Positions 57,901 to 64,000 of a stretch of 64,000 nucleotides of DNA are shown in pieces; position 1 is the first letter of the stretch; each line of letters opens with the position of its first letter. Both the position numbers and the translations under genes were made by a program. The stretch is from Cyanophora paradoxa CCMP329 (lineage: Eukaryota > Plantae > Glaucophyta), in assembly GCA_004431415.1 (NCBI GenBank), contig QPMI01000079.1, positions 82,151 through 146,150 on the forward strand, given 5' to 3'. The notes under the pieces were generated by a model that was not told the DNA's origin, ran no database searches, and saw only the letters and a list, made by a program, of their open reading frames with translations.

Positions 57901-59973
57901 GCCGGGGCGCAGCGACCCCCGAGGCCAACTTCTGCACGGCGAGACATTGGCGCGAAACCAAAAATTTCCCTGCTCTAGATTGCTCTAAACTGCACTTCTG
58001 ACGTGCTCAGTTTCGCGCCAATCGTTCGCTGTGCTCCGCTAGAATTTCGGCTGGACATGTATGGCGTCTGGTCGATTTGGCTGGATAAAATAATGGGAAG
58101 CGATTGGCGAGAAACTGAAGCGTTTAATACTAGCTAGTATGCATCTTGATGCTAGAATAAGGCTCAGTTTCGTGCGGATCCGGTACGAAATTTTCCTAGA
58201 TGTATGGCCATACAAAGGCGACGAGGAAAAGGCCAGTTTCGCGGCGAGCTAGCCGAGCTAGCAGCGCGCCCGGCCGGCGTCTTATTGCTCCAGCGTTCGA
58301 GTCCCGGGAAGGGCAGTTGGGGGAGCGGGGGCCTGGGCGGGCCTTGAGCTGCCTTGCGCTGTCGAGGGCTGAAGAGGGGCCGGGGCGCAGCGACCCCCGA
58401 GGCCAACTTCTGCACGGCGAGACATTGGCGCGAAACCAAAAATTTCCCTGCTCTAGATTGCTCTAAACTGCACTTCTGACGTGCTCAGTTTCGCGCCAAT
58501 CGTTCGCTGTGCTCCGCTAGAATTTCGGCTGGACATGTATGGCGTCTGGTCGATTTGGCTGGATAAAATAATGGGAAGCGATTGGCGAGAAACTGAAGCG
58601 TTTAATACTAGCTAGTATGCATCTTGATGCTAGAATAAGGCTCAGTTTCGTGCGGATCCGGTACGAAATTTTCCTAGATGTATGGCCATACAAAGGCGAC
58701 GAGGAAAAGGCCAGTTTCGCGGCGAGCTAGCCGAGCTAGCAGCGCGCCCGGCCGGCGTCTTATTGCTCCAGCGTTCGAGTCCCGGGAAGGGCAGTTGGGG
58801 GGAGCGGGGGGCCTGGGCGGGCCTTGAGCTGCCTTGCGCTGTCGAGGGCTGAAGAGGGGCCGGGCGCAGCGACCCCCGAGGCCAACTTCTGCACGGCGAG
58901 ACATTGGCGCGAAACCAAAAATTTCCCTGCTCTAGATTGCTCTAAACTGCACTTCTGACGTGCTCAGTTTCGCGCCAATCGTTCGCTGTGCTCCGCTAGA
59001 ATTTCGGCTGGACATGTATGCGTCTGTCGATTTGGCTGGATAAAATAATGGGAAGCGATTGGCGAGAAACTGAAGCGTTTAATACTAGCTAGTATGCATC
59101 TTGATGCTAGAATAAGGCTCAGTTTCGTGCGGATCCGGTACGAAATTTTCCTAGATGTATGGCCATACAAAGGCGACGAGGAAAGGCCAGTTTCGCGGCG
59201 AGCTAGCCGAGCTAGCAGCGCGCCCGGCCGGCGTCTTATTGCTCCAGCGTTCGAGTCCCGGGAAGGGCAGTTGGGGGAGCGGGGGGCCTGGCGGGCCTTG
59301 AGCTGCCTTGCGCTGTCGAGGCTGAAGAGGGGGCCGGGGCGCAGCGACCCCGAGGCCAACTTCTGCACGGCGAGACATTGGCGCGAAACCAAAATTTCCC
59401 TGCTCTAGATTGCTCTAAACTGCACTTCTGACGTGCTCAGTTTCGCGCCAATCGTTCGCTGTGCTCCGCTAGAATTTCGGCTGGACATGTATGGCGTCTG
59501 TCGATTTGGCTGGATAAAATAATGGGAAGCGATTGGCGAGAAACTGAAGCGTTTAATACTAGCTAGTATGCATCTTGATGCTAGAATAAGGCTCAGTTTC
59601 GTGCGGATCCGGTACGAAATTTTCCTAGATGTATGGCCATACAAAGGCGACGAGGAAAAGGCCAGTTTCGCGGCGAGCTAGCCGAGCTAGCAGCGCGCCC
59701 GGCCGGCGTCTTATTGCTCCAGCGTTCGAGTCCCGGAAGGGCAGTTGGGGGAGCGGGGGGCCTGGGCGGGCTTGAGCTGCCTTGCGCTGTCGAGGGCTGA
59801 AGAGGGGCCGGGGCGCAGCGACCCCCGAGGCCAACTTCTGCACGGCGAGACATTGGCGCGAAACCAAAAATTTCCCTGCTCTAGATTGCTCTAAACTGCA
59901 CTTCTGACGTGCTCAGTTTCGCGCCAATCGTTCGCTGTGCTCCGCTAGAATTTCGGCTGGACATGTATGGCGT
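48963..59973. repeat. Tandem satellite array, 23 head-to-tail copies of a ~479-bp unit
   Basis: Unit starts counted at 48964, 49444, 49923 ... 59023, 59497. Copies differ essentially only by 1-nt indels in homopolymer runs. Confidence 0.97.
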
Positions 59974-60364
59974 TTTTGGTGAATTACGGCCACAGCCTCT
60001 AGTCTACTCCAGCACTGTGGGGCCACTGGGGCGTATACAGGCAAGGTGGGGCATGATCGAACGAATAATGTGGAATCATGAATTGTCGGATGGTCGGTCT
60101 GACTCTGTACGGTCATCATCAATGCTTCATGTCCTCGAATTCTTCATTTCGACAAATCACGATCACGCTCAGCGTACTTAGCCTGCACGTGCCAGTGGTG
60201 CCACGGTGCAGTGGGTGCACCGTGCACGCCGGCGCGCGCCCCGCCCGGCCCCCGCGCGGGCCGCGCCGCGCGCGCGGCGCCGCGCCGGGCCCCGGCCCCC
60301 GGGCCCGCAGCGGCGGGCCACGCGTACGGCCGGCGGCCGCGGGCCCGCGGCCTTTCATGAGTTA

Positions 60365-60660
60365 GCCTGCAACCGTTGAACATGAACCGTTGAACTTATA
60401 ATTAGCCTAGTAGCTGCAAGTTACTTAAGTTATATTAAGTTATATCATAGTATAATTACTGCAAGGCTGGAGGGCCAGTGGAGGGCCACTACTAGCCCAC
60501 TAGTACAGTAGTAGTACTGGAGGCTGCAAGCCTGCAACTGCAAGCTTAATTTAAGTTGCCTGCAAGTTGGCTGCAACTGCAGCTGCCTGCAAATTAGGCT
60601 GCAATTAAGCCCCGCAGCTGGCAACTTGTGGGCCGCCAAGTTGTGGCAAGCAGTGATGCT
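60365..60660. repeat. Degenerate (CTGCAA)-rich low-complexity tract
   Basis: Repeated ctgcaag/ctgcaac/ctgcaaa and taagtta units. Confidence 0.6.
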
Positions 60661-61411
60661 AAACTTTTCACTTTCCAAACTTTCAACTTGAAAATTTTCA
60701 TGTAAACAAGCCCACACTCACGTGTGGTAAGCCCTGCCAATGCATGCCTGCTATCTCAGCCTCCCTGTCTCAGAGAGTCTGTCTTAGCGTCAATAGGCTA
60801 AGTGGGCAGCGCTCGGTAGGCGTAGACCTGGCCCTGCACCGTAGGCTGCACGCCGCTCCGGATCCGCCGCCTCTGTGCCGCAGTGCCCGGCGGCCTAGCC
60901 TGCGGGTCCGCCTCGCCGAGCGTTCCGATCCTCTGCTCCGCCATGGCCCGCCCGCAAGCATCCGGCCGCGAGCTGCACCCTCCGCCCTGAGAGCCTCGCC
61001 GCCGCCCTTGGGCCTCCGCTCCGTCCGCCAAGCCGTTGAGCCACGTCGCCAGGCCGCCGCGCTCCGAGGCTGCGCCCCACCCGGCGCGCCATGGCGCCCG
61101 GCGGCTGCCCCGAGCGCCTCCGCTCCGTCCGGCGAGCCGCGCCGCCGTCCCTGGCGCCTCCTCACCATCCACCAAGTCATGCCGCCAGGCCGCTGAGCTC
61201 CGAGGCTGAGCTCCGCCCGGCGAGCCAGGGCGCCGCCCGGCGGCGGCTCGCGGCTCGCGCTGTCCCGCTCCAGGCCGTTGCAGCTCCTCGCCGCGCCTCT
61301 ACATGTACATGTACACCGTTGAGCCGTGGGTTCTTAAGCTTGCGTGTGCGAAAGGTTGGGCTTTTTCGAAGCCCCCCCGGGCCGCCGCTCGCCGCCATAT
61401 ATTGGTCGGTG

Positions 61412-61575
61412 GAGCTTGAGCTCGAGGTGAGATCTAGAGGGGGAAAACAAATAGCTCGAGCTCGAGGCGAGACTCGAGCTCGAGGGGAGATCGATTGCGA
61501 GCTCGAGGTGAGAACTAGAGGGAAATATACATATATATACCTTTCCCTCCTAGATCTCACCTCGAGCTCGAGCTC
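61412..61575. repeat. 164-bp fold-back with ~34-bp inverted arms (MITE-like)
   Basis: gagcttgagctcgaggtgagatctagagg at the left is inverted as cctagatctcacctcgagctcgagctc at the right; an internal third copy lies at ~61499. Confidence 0.65.
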
Positions 61576-61584
61576 GTGATCATT

Positions 61585-62425
61585 AAGGGAGGAGCAAGGT
61601 TCCTGTGGCCAGGCGCATTTGGAGATCTTACGAATCTCTTGCAAAGTACCTCGAATGCATATAATATCAATGTGGAGGGCTGCAGAGGCGAGGGCGCACG
61701 GAAATATGTGCAGGCCAGTGCAGGATCAAATTTGGCGTCGGCTGGTTCTTGTGCTCTTTCGCCCCCACAGTGCTTGCGCAAAGCTTGGAAAAGCTCTCAA
61801 TGAATTCTGTAGGGATGGGCATGCGTGAGGATGCGAGGGCGCGCGGAAAGATGCATATGGGCAGGTTCGTCAAGGATCGAATTTTCGGGTCGGCTGGGTC
61901 CTCGCGGCCCGGCGCATCTGCAAAGCGCGTGGAAGGATTTGTCTACATCTCAAATGTTTATACTATTGTTCCGCGCATGCGCCGCGGCGTGGGCGCGCGG
62001 AAAGATGTCCGGGCCTGTGCAGGATCGAATTTTCGCCGCCGGGTGCCTTCCTGCACTGTTCCGGCTCCGAAAAGCGGATCGCTGGAGTGCGCAGGCCGTG
62101 CTATGTCTATGCGCGTGAGTACGCATCGATTGCGCGCGTCGCGGGACCGGGCGGGACCGGCTGGGTCAAAGTTTCCGCCGACTCTTCGCATTGCAGTGTC
62201 GGCGGCGCCCGAAATCGAGCTTGCAGCGGTGCGCGCGCCCTCGGCTCTCATTCTGTACCGCTCTGGGCGTTCCTGGCGCGCTTTCGTCGCGGGACCGGCG
62301 GGACCGGGTCCACTTTTTCGGGTTTCGCGATCGAACCGGGGTATAAATACCGGAATCGATCCGCGAGAGAAATTCGATTTTCGCCCGACGTCCACGGGAG
62401 AGCGGTCGTCTTAGGGGAGCCGGGA
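61585..62425 (+). repeat. Copy 1 of a ~0.83-kb module with ~150-bp internal subrepeats and a TATAAATA motif
   Basis: Collinear with 62825-63635. gcgcgcggaaagatg...aggatcgaatttt subrepeats at ~61695, 61839 and 61993; gtataaatac at 62341. Confidence 0.8.
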
Positions 62426-62824
62426 TCGAAATTGATTCGTGACAAGGCTGGACATGTCGGCATGCAAGCTGGAGATTTGATCCATGAGAGAGAGTCGATA
62501 GAAAATTGCGTGATGTCATCGTTGAGGTAAGTGCGTGAATTGATTCAGGATGAGTTCGGGCGTACAGGCGGACGGACGTACCTGGAAGTTACAGAATTCG
62601 ATCGCCGACCCGATTTCCGACAAGCCTGGGCCCCTGCGGGTCCAACATCGGGCGAAGCTCTGCGCCCTCTTCGCGTCCCCTTTTCATCGCGACCCGTCGC
62701 GCTGTCATGGCCTGGCGGGGCAGGAGGCTAGAGAGAATATAATGAGGGAGGAGTGTGCTGCCAATCATGATCAGCTAGCTGTAGTTGAGCTCGAGCCCTA
62801 AGGAAATTGAGGGAGATATTGTTG

Positions 62825-63635
62825 AGGGGAGGGGCGAGGTTCTCGCGGCCAGGCGCATGCGCAGAGCTTATAAATCGCTTAAACAGAATCTCGAATGCAT
62901 GCAAGATCCATGTGCAGGCTGAGGAGCGAGGGCGCGCGGAAATACATGCAGGCCTGTCCAGGATCGAAAATTTGGCGTCGGCTGGGTTCTCGTGCTCTGT
63001 CGCGGCCACAGAGCTTGCGGAAGGCTTCGTTTAGAGCTCAAATGAATACTGTAGCGATGGGCATGCGTGAGGATGCGATGGGGCGCGGAAAGATGCACAG
63101 GTCCGTCCAGGATCGAATTTTCGGGGTCGGCTGGGTCCTCGCGGCCGGCGCAAGTAGAGACCGGCGAAAGGCTTCTTTACATCTCAAATGCATATACTAT
63201 TGATGCGCGCATGCGCCGTGGCCTGGGCGTGCGGAAAGATGGCCGGGGCTGTGGAGGATCGAATTTTTGCTGTCGGGTACCTTCCTGCACTGTTCCGGGT
63301 CCGAAAAGCGGATATTTGGAGTGCGCAGGCCTTGCTATGTCTATGCGCGCCCGTATGCATCGAATGCGCGCGCCGGGGGACCGGCCGGAACCGGCTGGAT
63401 CAAAATTGTGGCCGACTCTTTGGACTGGAGCGTCGGCGGCGGCCGAAATCGAGCTTGCCGCAATGCGCGCGCTCTCGGCTGTCATTCTGACCGCTCTGGG
63501 GCGTCCCTGGCGCGCTTTCGTCGCGGGACCGGGTCCCACTTTTTGGGGTTTCGCGATCGAAGCGGGGTATAAATACCGGAATTGATCCGTGAGAGAAAAT
63601 CGATTTTCGCGCGACACGATTTAGGGGAGCTAGGA
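62825..63635 (+). repeat. Copy 2 (diverged) of the ~0.83-kb module
   Basis: Same order of subrepeats; gtataaataccggaat at 63567 and terminal ttaggggagc. Confidence 0.8.
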
Positions 63636-64000
63636 CTCCAGAAATAAATCAGTGGAGGTTGGCCGACTGTCAGTTCTACTGTGTCACGTCGGAGACCGTT
63701 CGCCTTCATTGCGGAGATTGCGAATCTGGACGCTCGACCAATCGGACTCGAGTGGAAAAAAAATAGAACCGGTCGTTCACCATTGACATACGAAAGAGGC
63801 TTCGCCCGAAAATTGGCAGGGCTAATTTTCAGTAAATTTTCACCTCCAAATGAGCAATGAAAACTTTCAATAAATTTGCAAGGGGGGTACCTTGAAGAGG
63901 CCATTCTGGGGCGTTTCACGCCATAAACGAGGGTCAAATCCGTCGAAATACGAGACTATGGAGGCTGGACACATTCTGGCGGTCTCTGCTGGTGTCAAGA

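Noticed and set aside
49200-59830. Unit-to-unit length variants as biological higher-order structure
   Set aside because: Differences are single-base changes in G/C/A runs, typical of long-read consensus error.
48963-59973. CRISPR array or repeated small protein genes (75-97 aa ORFs) in the satellite
   Set aside because: There are no unique spacers and no cas genes. The ORFs start at non-ATG codons, change with homopolymer indels and have no recognisable motif.
48788-60020. CACTGTG heptamers near both satellite flanks as Transib/RSS-like ends
   Set aside because: Both are in the same orientation, with no extended TIR and no 5-bp TSD.
62410-63630. Telomeric repeats (ttagggg)
   Set aside because: Single isolated occurrences, not tandem.
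122-63937. Hundreds of overlapping Arg/Pro/Ala/Gly-rich ORFs in the ORF track
   Set aside because: Expected from high GC and stop-poor introns. Real coding frames switch at splice sites and only parts of these ORFs are exons.

Overview
GC-rich eukaryotic genomic DNA with very dense short spliceosomal introns (mostly ~50-250 nt, CTGAC-type branch points, CGCAG acceptors, many AG|GC donors, exons down to 19 nt). Most ORF-track entries are therefore spurious, and I rebuilt the genes by hand-splicing. The style resembles an algal/protist genome such as the glaucophyte Cyanophora; this is inference only. Genes: the 3' end of a GBF1/GNOM-type ARF-GEF plus a second, 5'-truncated copy; an F-box/LRR-like gene between them; an orphan acidic gene fragment; and a secreted LCAT/PLA2G15-family lipase head-to-head with an MGFCCC-anchored PAS-PAS protein whose histidine-kinase and receiver modules look catalytically dead. 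Further on are a small gene with an Ada-type Zn-binding motif (5' exons duplicated) and a 16.4-kb multi-TM TmcB/FXL-like gene with five PAS domains, four of them FixL heme-type. Mobile/repeat DNA: a CTACCGTA-TIR transposon family with a 4-bp TSD, a poly(A) retro-insertion with a 16-bp TSD, hairpin-poly(A) retroposon-like ends, a 140/141-bp minisatellite, a near-perfectly homogeneous 23 x ~479-bp satellite (11 kb) and a duplicated ~0.83-kb TATA-containing module. I found no CRISPR array, rRNA or bona fide tRNA. The strongest novelty candidates are the lipid-anchored pseudo-hybrid histidine kinase, the output-less multi-heme PAS sensor, and the satellite with tRNA-spaced A/B boxes.
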